Origin: Alphaproteobacteria bacterium
GTDB lineage: Bacteria > Pseudomonadota > Alphaproteobacteria > Micavibrionales > SZUA-601
DNA length: 30,893 nucleotides
Direction: 5' to 3'
Assembly: GCA_028290805.1 (NCBI GenBank)
Contig: JAQGJA010000098.1
Coordinates: forward strand, 1 to 30,893
Part shown: one piece after another, positions 1-8,495 of the stretch
Layout: each line of letters opens with the position of its first letter
Numbering within the stretch: the stretch's first letter is position 1
Program-made: the position numbers and the translations under genes
The notes under the pieces: generated by a model
What the model saw: only the letters and a program-made list of their open reading frames with translations
Told to the model about the DNA's origin: nothing
Databases searched by the model: none

Positions 1-208
1 TGAGAAAGCATAGCAGGCCCCGGACTCGCTTCGCAAGACGGCGGCGGAGTCGCTTGTTTCGCCGAAAAGAAAAAATCTTGAATTAGACCGAATTTTTCTT
101 TTTAAGTGCTTGAAGCGGAGTGATAAATGAAAAACCACATAGGATTTTTACAGCTATCAGGATATCTTAATATTAATACTTAATGAAAATGGACAAAGAG
201 GAGCAAAG

Positions 209-328
209 ATGAGCGATACCACATCCGTGACCCAGGCCGATATCCTGGCAAATTACACCGCCGATGCCTCTGGCCGCGCCTGGCTATTATCAGCCATGAA
301 CTCGGGTCTGGCGACGCGCCCTTATTAA
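209..328 (+). CDS. Candidate small protein, 39 aa (MSDTTSVTQADILANYTADASGRAWLLSAMNSGLATRPY)
   Basis: AGAGGAG Shine-Dalgarno at 197-203, ATG at 209, TAA at 326-328, immediately followed by a hairpin plus T-run. Not in the supplied ORF track. No recognisable family. Confidence 0.5.
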   Translation: MSDTTSVTQADILANYTADASGRAWLLSAMNSGLATRPY

Positions 329-329
329 T

Positions 330-377
330 AAGACCGTTTGGTCTTTTTGGAAAAGCCCTCTTTTTGGAGGGTTTTTT
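330..377. terminator. Two adjacent intrinsic terminator hairpins between convergent genes
   Basis: AAGACC-GTTT-GGTCTT-TTT (330-348), and AAAAGCCCTC-TTTTTG-GAGGG-TTTTTT (351-377), which has U-tracts on both strands. Confidence 0.7.
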
Positions 378-398
378 AATGCCTGTAAGTTACTAAAG

Positions 399-1202
399 TT
401 ACTTGTTCTTTTTTAACAAGGTCGGTTTACCACTCGCTATATATTCTTGAGTAGCGAGAAGCGAATTTTCGCGTTCCTTGGTTTCCGATAATCTATGACC
501 AAAAATACTTACCAAATTGGCATCAATTTTTTCCAGTATTGTGGAAGGCGGTTCTGGCGGCTGATAGGCGGGATCGTTTGTTTCCTGAATTAAATCAACA
601 GCCTCGCCGATGGGTATGGGAACGACCTTGTCGCTGAAAAGACGGGCGTCGTGGCGGGATGCAGCAAGTATCTTGTTATTTAGGACTTCTGTTGCTGTCC
701 AGGTAATAAGACCTGCTGTTATAGAGGCCGCTGGGTTGTTACTAACCGTAAAGGTTGCCCCCGCTGCAAGCATTCCGGGAATTAATCCGTCAAGCGGTAG
801 GCTGGCATATTTACCAGAGGCATGAACGATATCTGTTTCATGAACTGAACGGGAATGCTGGTTTTTCAAATAAAAATATGTGCTGTAAGCAATAGCTTTT
901 TGCTGAATTTCGGCGGGCAAATCCTCAACAATTTCGCTGCACTCAATATTGACGAATTGCGTTTTGTCCGGGGTCTTGCCTTTATCTTTATCCCGGTTTC
1001 GCGAAATACCTAGAAAATTCAGTTCAGGGTTACGCACGATGACAGGCTCAGTCCTTTTAAGCGAATCCTGATCTTTTGTTGTAATCCCTAGAAAGGCCAT
1101 CGTATCTATATCGGCGGTGGCGATGAAGTCCCAGACCGTTTCCACGTTTTTTAAAAAACCGTGATAGCCTATGATGGGGGAAATGGGGTCAGATGGAGCC
1201 AT
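399..1202 (-). CDS. Hypothetical protein, 267 aa, AT-rich, with a central hydrophobic hairpin (possibly degenerate M48-peptidase-like)
   Basis: Long ORF in AT-rich DNA (20/60 GC at 841-900) ending just before the terminator. Hydrophobic segment LIPGMLAAGATFTVSNNPAASITAGLITWTA. Confidence 0.7.
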   Translation of the reverse strand: MAPSDPISPIIGYHGFLKNVETVWDFIATADIDTMAFLGITTKDQDSLKRTEPVIVRNPELNFLGISRNRDKDKGKTPDKTQFVNIECSEIVEDLPAEIQQKAIAYSTYFYLKNQHSRSVHETDIVHASGKYASLPLDGLIPGMLAAGATFTVSNNPAASITAGLITWTATEVLNNKILAASRHDARLFSDKVVPIPIGEAVDLIQETNDPAYQPPEPPSTILEKIDANLVSIFGHRLSETKERENSLLATQEYIASGKPTLLKKNK

Positions 1203-1411
1203 ACCGCTAGTATAGATGATTTACATAGGTTTTTAAAGCAAAAATGGAGCGCTGTAATATATTTGTTGCTCTTTAACCGGGGTCTTCCTATAGTGAAAAA
1301 GCAAGTTTTGCCCGAAGGACAGGCGGCGTCAGGATCGTATCTGTCTGCTTCTTTCGGTTGAAGACCGCGTCGCCGGTCGTAGTGGGAATGGGTAGTAAGG
1401 ATTTTAAGTGA

Positions 1412-1634
1412 CTGAAAGTTTTAGATCTCTGCAATATAATAATGACATTGAACCCAGGGTTTCCCTAGGTGGATTTGGCAGAGCCTGGTCGCTTGTTTTG
1501 TTGACTTTTGCGCCGGCTGCCGGACGCGTTTAACAAAACCCTGAACATGAACTCCCTTACGGCGGCGGCATCATTCATTGCCGCTTTGTCGCCATCGTCT
1601 ATGGCGGCCAGCAGCCAAAAAAGGGATTTTATAG
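1412..1634 (+). promoter_or_regulatory. Putative rne promoter and long structured 5' leader
   Basis: CTGAAA(1412-1417)-N17-TATAAT(1435-1440). Hairpins GCGGCA/TGCCGC (1565-1584) and CGCCAT/ATGGCG (1590-1606) lie upstream of the ATG at 1635. Confidence 0.45.
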
Positions 1635-4121
1635 ATGACAAAAAGAATGCTGATCGACGCCACCCAACCCGAGGAAACCCGGGTCGCCGTCGCCGAAAAT
1701 GACCGCCTCGATTCTTACGACTTTGATTCAGCCGCCAGAAAACAGATCAAGGGCAATATCTTCCTGGCCAAAGTGACGCGGGTCGAACCCAGTCTCCAGG
1801 CCTGTTTCGTGGAATATGGCGGCAACCGCCAGGGCTTTTTGGCCTTTACCGAGATCCACCCCGATTATTACCGCATTCCCGTTGAAGACCGCCAGGCGCT
1901 GCTGGCCGAAGAAGCCGGCTGGTCTGAGGAAGAAGACGAGGAAGAAGACGAATTCAAAGCTCCCGGCCAGGAAGAACAGCCCGATATCCAGCTGGATGCC
2001 GCAGGCACTGCCGAAGGCTATTCCGCCGATTTTCCAGCTGAAAATGGCGATCTGGGCGCGATGGAAATGCCGCTCGAAGCAGCCCAAACCCACCAGACCG
2101 TCAGCGGCGAGGTCTATGCCGAACAGATGAATGAAGATGTCACCGTGCCTGAAGCCGGGAACCTGACCGAAGTGGCGCGCGACGACACGATCGAAAGCGT
2201 CGGCGGTGCCGAAGAAGAAGTCACCGAAACGCGCAATGCCCGCCGCATCGGCAAATTGCGCCGCCGTTACAAGATCCAGGAAGTCATCAAGCGCCGCCAG
2301 ATCATGCTGGTCCAGGCCACCAAGGAAGAACGCGGCGGCAAGGGCGCGGCGATGACCACTTATATTTCCCTGCCGGGTCGTTACTGCGTTTTGATGCCGA
2401 ACTCCCCGCGCGGTGGTGGCGTGTCACGCAAGATCACCGATCCCCAGGCGCGCCGGAAAATGAAAGATCTGCTCAGCGAGCTGGAAGTGCCGGGCGGCAT
2501 GTCCGTCATCCTGCGCACCGCCGGCATGACCCGGACAAGGATCGAGGTCAAGCGCGATCTGGAATATCTGCTGCGCCTCTGGGACGAAATCCGCCGCGAA
2601 ACCCTGAAATCCGAAGCGCCCGCAATGGTTTACGAAGAAGCCGATATCTTCAAGCGCGTGATACGCGATCTGTATTCCGGCGATACCCAGGAAATCATCG
2701 TCGCCGGCGATTTGGGCTTTACCAAAGTCAAAACATTCATGCGCCAGATGGTGCCGACCCATGCCAAGCGCGTGTTTTTCTATCGTGACCCGCTGATCCC
2801 GCTTTTTCAGCGTTTCGGCATCGAGGCGCAGATCGCTGATATCTTCAATCCACGCGTGGAACTGAAATCGGGCGGCTATATCATCATCAACCCGACCGAA
2901 GCCCTGGTCTCGATCGATGTCAATTCTGGCCGGGCGACGCGCGAACGTCACATCGACGACACCGCGCTGAAAACCAATATCGAGGCCGCCGAGGAAATCG
3001 CCCGTCAATTGCGCCTGCGCGATCTGGGCGGGCTGGTCGTGATCGATTTCATTGACATGGAATCGGGCCGCCACAACGCCAAAGTCGAACGCAAATTGCG
3101 CGAAGCCATGGCCGAAGACCGCGCCCGCATCGAGATCGGCCGCATCAGCGGTTTCGGCCTGCTGGAATTGTCGCGCCAGCGTTTGCACCCGTCCTTGACC
3201 GAAACGCATTTCGAGCCCTGCGCCCATTGCGGCGCCACCGGCATCGTCCGCACCACGGAATCGGCGGCAGTCGTCGTCATGCGCGCCATCGAAGCCGAGG
3301 CCGTGCGCGGCCGGGCCACCGCCATCACGGCGACGATCCCGTCTTCGGTTGCGATTTACCTTCTCAATCACAAGCGCGAAGACATCAACCGCATCGAGGA
3401 ATATTTCGGCTGCCGTGTTTCCCTGCGCGCCGATGAAGATTTGATGCCGAACGACGTACAGATCAACTACGAAAAAGGCACGCCCCAGCCGCGCAAACAG
3501 GCCCCGCTTTTGCCCGTTCCGGTCCTGGAAGGCACGGATGACGATTACATCAATGCCGACGAGGAAGATAACGGTGAGCCGCTTATGAGCAACGCCCTGG
3601 CCGGCGAAGAAGGCAGCGAAGCCCGCACCAATACGCGCCGCCGCCGCACCGGCGGCCGTGGTGAAGGGAGAGGCGAAAGCCGTGGTGAAGGCCGCGGAGA
3701 AGGAAGGGGTGAACGCGAGGGCGGCCGTGAAGGCGGCGGACGCGAACGCTTTGAACGCCGCCCGCGCGGCGAAGCGAGGCAAATCCCGATTACCGAAGGC
3801 GAAAGCGCCATCGGTGATGGCCTGGAAACCGGACCGGAAGCGGTGATGAACCCGTCCGACCCGGAAGCCGCCGGCAAATCGCGCCGCAGCCGCAGCCAGC
3901 GCGGCCGCCATCCATACCAACGCCGCCGCAACGGCGAACGCAACGGGGAACGCGGCCAGCCCGGCGGCGAACAGCCTGATGTGCCCGCCGATTTCGTCCC
4001 CGTCAAACAACAGGGCGAAACGAACCTTTCGTCTTCCCAGAACAATGCCCAGGATAACGACAAACCCGCCCCCGCCGAGAAAACCGGCAAAAAAGGCTGG
4101 TGGCAGAAACTGATTGAATAG
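1635..4121 (+). CDS. rne: Ribonuclease E, alphaproteobacterial type
   Basis: MLIDAT...GNIFLAKVTRVEPSLQACFV, KEERGGKGA, catalytic SIDVNSG and VIDFIDM, Zn-link CAHC. Acidic S1 insertion, Arg/Gly/Glu-rich C-terminal IDR and terminal KKGWWQKL. Confidence 0.97.
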   Translation: MTKRMLIDATQPEETRVAVAENDRLDSYDFDSAARKQIKGNIFLAKVTRVEPSLQACFVEYGGNRQGFLAFTEIHPDYYRIPVEDRQALLAEEAGWSEEEDEEEDEFKAPGQEEQPDIQLDAAGTAEGYSADFPAENGDLGAMEMPLEAAQTHQTVSGEVYAEQMNEDVTVPEAGNLTEVARDDTIESVGGAEEEVTETRNARRIGKLRRRYKIQEVIKRRQIMLVQATKEERGGKGAAMTTYISLPGRYCVLMPNSPRGGGVSRKITDPQARRKMKDLLSELEVPGGMSVILRTAGMTRTRIEVKRDLEYLLRLWDEIRRETLKSEAPAMVYEEADIFKRVIRDLYSGDTQEIIVAGDLGFTKVKTFMRQMVPTHAKRVFFYRDPLIPLFQRFGIEAQIADIFNPRVELKSGGYIIINPTEALVSIDVNSGRATRERHIDDTALKTNIEAAEEIARQLRLRDLGGLVVIDFIDMESGRHNAKVERKLREAMAEDRARIEIGRISGFGLLELSRQRLHPSLTETHFEPCAHCGATGIVRTTESAAVVVMRAIEAEAVRGRATAITATIPSSVAIYLLNHKREDINRIEEYFGCRVSLRADEDLMPNDVQINYEKGTPQPRKQAPLLPVPVLEGTDDDYINADEEDNGEPLMSNALAGEEGSEARTNTRRRRTGGRGEGRGESRGEGRGEGRGEREGGREGGGRERFERRPRGEARQIPITEGESAIGDGLETGPEAVMNPSDPEAAGKSRRSRSQRGRHPYQRRRNGERNGERGQPGGEQPDVPADFVPVKQQGETNLSSSQNNAQDNDKPAPAEKTGKKGWWQKLIE
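3657..3737 (+). repeat. In-frame 12-nt-period repeat encoding RGEG-RGES-RGEG-RGEG-RGER-EGGR-EGG in the RNase E IDR
   Basis: The repeat is clear at protein level; the DNA copies are synonymously diverged. Confidence 0.8.
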
Positions 4122-4130
4122 AATTAATCC

Positions 4131-4155
4131 TCCCTCTCCCGCAAGGGGAGAGGGA
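4131..4155. repeat. REP-like 25-bp palindrome, copy 1
   Basis: TCCCTCTCCC-GCAAG-GGGAGAGGGA, a perfect 10-bp stem 9 nt after the rne stop. Second copy at 28380-28404. Confidence 0.7.
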
Positions 4156-4297
4156 CCTTTCTCCCTGGATTATTTAAATTACCTCCCCCTGGACGCAGCA
4201 AAGCATACGGTGCCTCGCGGTTATGGGAGATATTAGGCGTTATCCGTTATCCGGCCCGAGCGGATAGGCCGGCTCAAGGCCGGGGAGACCGTAAGGC

Positions 4298-4984
4298 CTA
4301 AGCCGCCTTGGTCCAGATGGCATCTTTGATCGTCGCCAGCATGGCGGCATGGGCTGCTTCTTCTTCGGCTGGGACAGGAAAAGCACGGACGGGCCAGAGC
4401 GTGCCGATATTTCCGACGTCATGGCTTTGCGCTTCTTCCTCTTCGGCGCGGCTGGCCAAAAATTGCGGCTGGTGCCCGCCGGACAGTTCCAGGAACACAT
4501 CGGCGAGCAATCGGGCATCCAACAGCGCGCCGTGATAGACCCGGGCCGAGATGTCGATATTATAGCGCTTGCACAAAGCATCCAGACTGGCCGGGGCCCC
4601 GGGGAACATCTTGCGCGCCATGGCCAGCGTGTCAATCGCCCGGCTCATCGGCAAAGGAGGCAGGCCCAGGCGCTTATATTCGGCATTCAAAAACCGCATG
4701 TCGAATTCGGCGTTATGGATCACCAGCTGTGAATCCGTGCCTATAAACCGGTCCAGTTCATCGACGATCTGGGCATAGACGGGCTTGTCCCGCACCATCG
4801 CGTCATCGATGCCGTGCACGGCGACGACTTCGGCGGGGATGGTGCGTTCGGGATTGATATACTGGTGGAAAACCTTGCCTGTAGGGACGAAATTGATCAG
4901 CTCAAGTGCGCCGATCTCGACGATGCGGTCGGTGGTTTCGGCGTTAAACCCGGTGGTTTCGGTATCAAGGACAATATGGCGCAT
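4298..4984 (-). CDS. dnaQ: DNA polymerase III epsilon subunit (start re-called at 4984, 228 aa)
   Basis: MRHIVLDTETTG (ExoI), HNAEFD (ExoII), HGALLD (ExoIII) and the alphaproteobacterial C-terminal ...EEEAAHAAML...IW. The upstream extension in the ORF track overlaps the divergent gene. Confidence 0.95.
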   Translation of the reverse strand: MRHIVLDTETTGFNAETTDRIVEIGALELINFVPTGKVFHQYINPERTIPAEVVAVHGIDDAMVRDKPVYAQIVDELDRFIGTDSQLVIHNAEFDMRFLNAEYKRLGLPPLPMSRAIDTLAMARKMFPGAPASLDALCKRYNIDISARVYHGALLDARLLADVFLELSGGHQPQFLASRAEEEEAQSHDVGNIGTLWPVRAFPVPAEEEAAHAAMLATIKDAIWTKAA

Positions 4985-5014
4985 TAAAGATTTATAGCAG
5001 ATTATAGGAACATG

Positions 5015-5029
5015 GTAACCCTCTCTTAA
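5015..5029 (-). promoter_or_regulatory. Near-consensus CtrA box (TTAA-N7-TTAC on the minus strand) in the dnaQ/DGC divergent region
   Basis: Plus strand GTAA-CCCTCTC-TTAA; one mismatch to TTAA-N7-TTAA. Overlaps the predicted dnaQ -35 region. Confidence 0.35.
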
Positions 5030-5066
5030 GAAGCGGCAAGCTACTGTAAAAAGACAGATTGCCTCT

Positions 5067-6170
5067 TTGCCCATACGAGAATCGCCCGTGCAGACACCCG
5101 AACAACAAAACCGCATCGCGCATGTCGCCCAACAGGTGATGCACCGCATCAGCGAAGACAGCCTCAAGCCGAACCCCGCCGTCTATGCCGTGCTCTATGC
5201 CCATTATGCCGGGATGGAACCGGATGTTTCCAAACAGATTTTATTGCTTGAAAAACAGAACCAGTCTTTGACGACCACGATTTGCGAAGACCTGCACGAC
5301 AAATTCATGTCGAACGACCATGAAAAACTGCTGATCCATGAAACGACGCAAAAAGTTGAAGAAGCCGTCGCTGAAATCGTCGAAGTGATCAATGCCGCAG
5401 GCCTTGCCAGCAAACAATTCTCGCAAAAACTCCAGGCCCATTCCAGCAATGCTTCGGGCACGCAAACATTAAGCGATATCAAGAAACTGATCAGCGAACT
5501 GGTCACCGATACCAAGCGGATGCTGGAAGAAAACAAAAAGCTGGAAGAAAAGCTGAATGATTCGTCCCAGGAATTACAGCAGATGCGCAATTCGGTGCAT
5601 AATTTGCAACAGTAAACGATGCGCGACACGCTGACCGGAGTAGCCAACCGCAAGGCTTTTGACACCGAACTCAAAATCCGCGCCGCCGACGCGATCGACA
5701 AGGCCAAGCCGCTTTGCCTGATCATGATCGATATCGACCATTTCAAGGTCTTTAACGACACATTCGGCCATCCTGTCGGCGACCAGGTGCTGCGCCTTGT
5801 CGCGCATACATTACAGGAAGGCCTGCGCGCCACCGAACTCCTTGCCCGCTATGGCGGCGAGGAATTTGCGATTGTAGTGCCCGGCGCCAAATTGCGCGAT
5901 GCTGAAAAAATCGGCGACCGCCTGCGCGAGCGCATCGCGGCAAAAGATATCGTCAACCAGAACAAGAACGAAAAACTGGGCCGCCTTTCCGTATCGCTGG
6001 GCGTTTCCCAGCTGCAGCCCGGCGAACCCTTAAGCCAGTTTGTCGACCGCGCCGACCGCGCGCTGTACAAGGCTAAAGCCTCGGGCCGCAATACGGTGAT
6101 CGCGATTGAATACGACAAGAACCTGCATGGTGGCACATTGCAGGATATCAAGATCGACGACCAGCGCTAA
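5067..6170 (+). pseudogene. Diguanylate cyclase (N-terminal helical/coiled-coil domain plus GGEEF domain) interrupted by one in-frame TAA at 5613-5615
   Basis: ORFs 5067-5615 and 5619-6170 are in the same frame and read NLQQ*TMRDTLTGVANRKAFD...DIDHFKVFNDTFGHPVGD...RYGGEEF. The start may be GTG 5088. Confidence 0.75.
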
Positions 6171-6192
6171 GGCGTATTCAGGCTTTTCTTAA

Positions 6193-6227
6193 TTGCCACA
6201 GGCCGTGCAAAACCCTATATTCAGGGC
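6193..6227 (+). promoter_or_regulatory. sigma70-type promoter placing the TSS at the uvrD ATG (leaderless)
   Basis: TTGCCA(6193-6198)-N17-TATATT(6216-6221)-N6-ATG; no SD. Confidence 0.6.
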
Positions 6228-8492
6228 ATGCCTCACGAACAATCCGTCACCCCCTCCGCCCCGTACCTTCAGGGGCTGAACCCGCCGCAGCGCCAGGCGG
6301 TGGAAACGCTTGACGGGCCGGTGCTGATCCTGGCCGGGGCGGGGACGGGGAAAACGCGGGCGCTGACGGCCCGTGTCGCGCATTTGCTGCAGACCGGGAC
6401 GGCGACGCCGGGGCAGATTCTGGCGGTGACCTTTACGAACAAGGCGGCGAATGAGTTGCGCCACCGTGTTTCCGGATTGCTGGGCGGGATCGATGTGGCG
6501 GGGTGGTGGATCGGCACATTTCACAGTTTGGCCGCGCGCATGCTGCGCCGGCATGCCGAACTTGTCGGGTTGCGCAGCAATTTCACCATCATCGACGATG
6601 ACGACCAGCTGCGCCTGCTGAAGCAGGTGCTGGAACTGCAGGGTGTGGATTCCAAGACGATCAATCCGAAACTGATCTTGGGCATTATCGATAAATGGAA
6701 GAATATGGGCCTGACGCCCGACCGCGTGCCCAATTTCAATGCGGGCGAATTGCCCCAGCCTTTGACCGGTCCGCAACTGATGGCGATTTACCGCAATTTC
6801 CAGGAACGGCTGGTCACCCTGAATGCCTGCGATTTCGGCGATCTTTTATTGCATCTGGTGACGATTTTTCGCGACCCCGCCAATGGCGTGCTGGCGCAAT
6901 ATCATGCGCGCTATACGCATATTCTGGTCGATGAATACCAGGATACCAATACGATCCAGTATCAATGGCTGCATCTTTTGTCCCAGGCGCGGCATAATCT
7001 GTGCTGCGTCGGCGATGACGACCAGTCGATCTATTCCTGGCGCGGCGCGGATGTCAGCAATATCCTGAATTTCGAAAAGGATTTTCCCGAAGCCACCATT
7101 ATTAGATTGGAACAGAATTACCGTTCGACCAAGCCGATTTTGGCCGCCGCCAACGGATTGATCGCGCATAATAAAGGGCGTCTTGGCAAGAATTTATGGA
7201 CCGAGGAACACAGCGACGATCTGGTGCAGATCACCGTCACCATGGACCAATCCGACGAAGCGCGTTTTGTTGCCGAACAGATTGAATCGGTACAGCGCAA
7301 AAATGTTTCGCTGGATGAAATTGCCGTATTGGTGCGTGCATCGTCCCAGATGCGCGCCTTTGAAGAGCGCTTCAACACGTTTGGCATTTCCTATCGCGTC
7401 ATCGGCGGCCCGCGTTTTTATGAACGCCAGGAAATCCGCGATGCCCTGGGTTATTTCCGCCTGATCAACCAGCATAATGACGATTTGGCGTTCGAGCGCA
7501 TTGTGAATGTGCCCAAGCGCGGCCTGGGCGCCAAAACCATTTCCGATCTGCAGATTGCGGCGCGCCGGTTGCAGCGCCCGTTATTTCCGGCGGTGGAATA
7601 TCTGATCCAGACGGATGAATTGAAAACGGGCCCGCGTTTGACATTGACCAAATTCGTCGGCGATATTCATCGCTGGCTGGGCCTTGTCGCCACTATGTCG
7701 CTGCGCGACTGGGCGGCAAAAGTATTGGAAGAATCCGGCTATGTCGCCATGTGGCGCGACGATAAATCGATCGAGGCGGCCGGGCGTCTGGACAACCTTA
7801 AGGAACTGGTTTCGGCGATGAGCAATTTTGACTCGCTGGGAGCGTTCCTGGAACATGTCGCTTTGGTGATGGAAAACCAGGAGCGCAAGGAAGAGCCGCG
7901 CGTCACCCTGATGACCCTGCATGCGGCCAAGGGGTTGGAATACGCGCATGTGTTTCTGCCCGGCTGGGAAGAGGGGTTATTCCCCAACCAGCGCAGCATG
8001 GACGATTCCGGCCTGGCGGGGTTGGAAGAAGAACGCCGTCTGGCCTATGTCGGCATTACGCGCGCCAAGCATAAGGCGACGATCACCTATGCGCTGCGCC
8101 GCCAGACTTATGGCGAATATACCGACACCGTGCCGTCGCGTTTTATCGAGGAATTGCCCGGCGATACCGTAAGCGACGAGAGGCAGAAGATGAAGAATGT
8201 CTGGGCGCAAGGGGGATTAGGGGCGGCAGTTTCGACCCAGCGCTGGGGCGGCGGCACGCCGAACTGGGGCCAAAAGAAATGGAGCCCCCAGCCAAAAACC
8301 CCATTGGTTATTGATGCCGATATTGTTGTGGTGAACCCGTCTTCGGCCTTCCGGGTCGGCCAGCGCGTCTTTCACGAAAAATTCGGTTACGGAAAGGTGA
8401 CCGATATCGACGACGACAAGCTGGATGTCAGTTTTGAAAAAGCCGGGACAAAAAAAGTCCTGGACCGATTTGTAAATATTGTGGAGAAATAA
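6228..8492 (+). CDS. uvrD: UvrD/PcrA superfamily-1 DNA helicase
   Basis: LAGAGTGKT, VTFTNKAA, LVDEYQDTN, VGDDDQSIYSWRGA, LEQNYRS, MTLHAAKGLE, EEERRLAYVGITRA and a C-terminal Tudor-like VGQRVFHEKFGYG. Confidence 0.96.
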   Translation: MPHEQSVTPSAPYLQGLNPPQRQAVETLDGPVLILAGAGTGKTRALTARVAHLLQTGTATPGQILAVTFTNKAANELRHRVSGLLGGIDVAGWWIGTFHSLAARMLRRHAELVGLRSNFTIIDDDDQLRLLKQVLELQGVDSKTINPKLILGIIDKWKNMGLTPDRVPNFNAGELPQPLTGPQLMAIYRNFQERLVTLNACDFGDLLLHLVTIFRDPANGVLAQYHARYTHILVDEYQDTNTIQYQWLHLLSQARHNLCCVGDDDQSIYSWRGADVSNILNFEKDFPEATIIRLEQNYRSTKPILAAANGLIAHNKGRLGKNLWTEEHSDDLVQITVTMDQSDEARFVAEQIESVQRKNVSLDEIAVLVRASSQMRAFEERFNTFGISYRVIGGPRFYERQEIRDALGYFRLINQHNDDLAFERIVNVPKRGLGAKTISDLQIAARRLQRPLFPAVEYLIQTDELKTGPRLTLTKFVGDIHRWLGLVATMSLRDWAAKVLEESGYVAMWRDDKSIEAAGRLDNLKELVSAMSNFDSLGAFLEHVALVMENQERKEEPRVTLMTLHAAKGLEYAHVFLPGWEEGLFPNQRSMDDSGLAGLEEERRLAYVGITRAKHKATITYALRRQTYGEYTDTVPSRFIEELPGDTVSDERQKMKNVWAQGGLGAAVSTQRWGGGTPNWGQKKWSPQPKTPLVIDADIVVVNPSSAFRVGQRVFHEKFGYGKVTDIDDDKLDVSFEKAGTKKVLDRFVNIVEK

Positions 8493-8495
8493 ATC

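Noticed and set aside
1508-1702. 64-aa ORF overlapping the rne start as a possible leader peptide
   Set aside because: No SD, out of frame across the rne start, and better explained as structured UTR.
2424-4010. 528-aa minus-strand ORF, and other long antisense ORFs (e.g. 10023-10712, 16501-17178, 21961-22599, 23705-24196, 26677-27309, 29361-30341)
   Set aside because: They lie fully opposite well-supported genes, have no motifs, and show the Ala/Arg/Gly-rich composition typical of shadow ORFs in GC-rich coding DNA.
4985-5167. 61-aa N-terminal extension of dnaQ in the ORF track
   Set aside because: Overlaps the divergent DGC gene and promoter; family homology begins at MRHIVLDTET (4984).
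6171-6227. LexA (GTTC-N7-GTTC) SOS box upstream of uvrD or dnaQ
   Set aside because: No match with correct half-sites and spacing was found.
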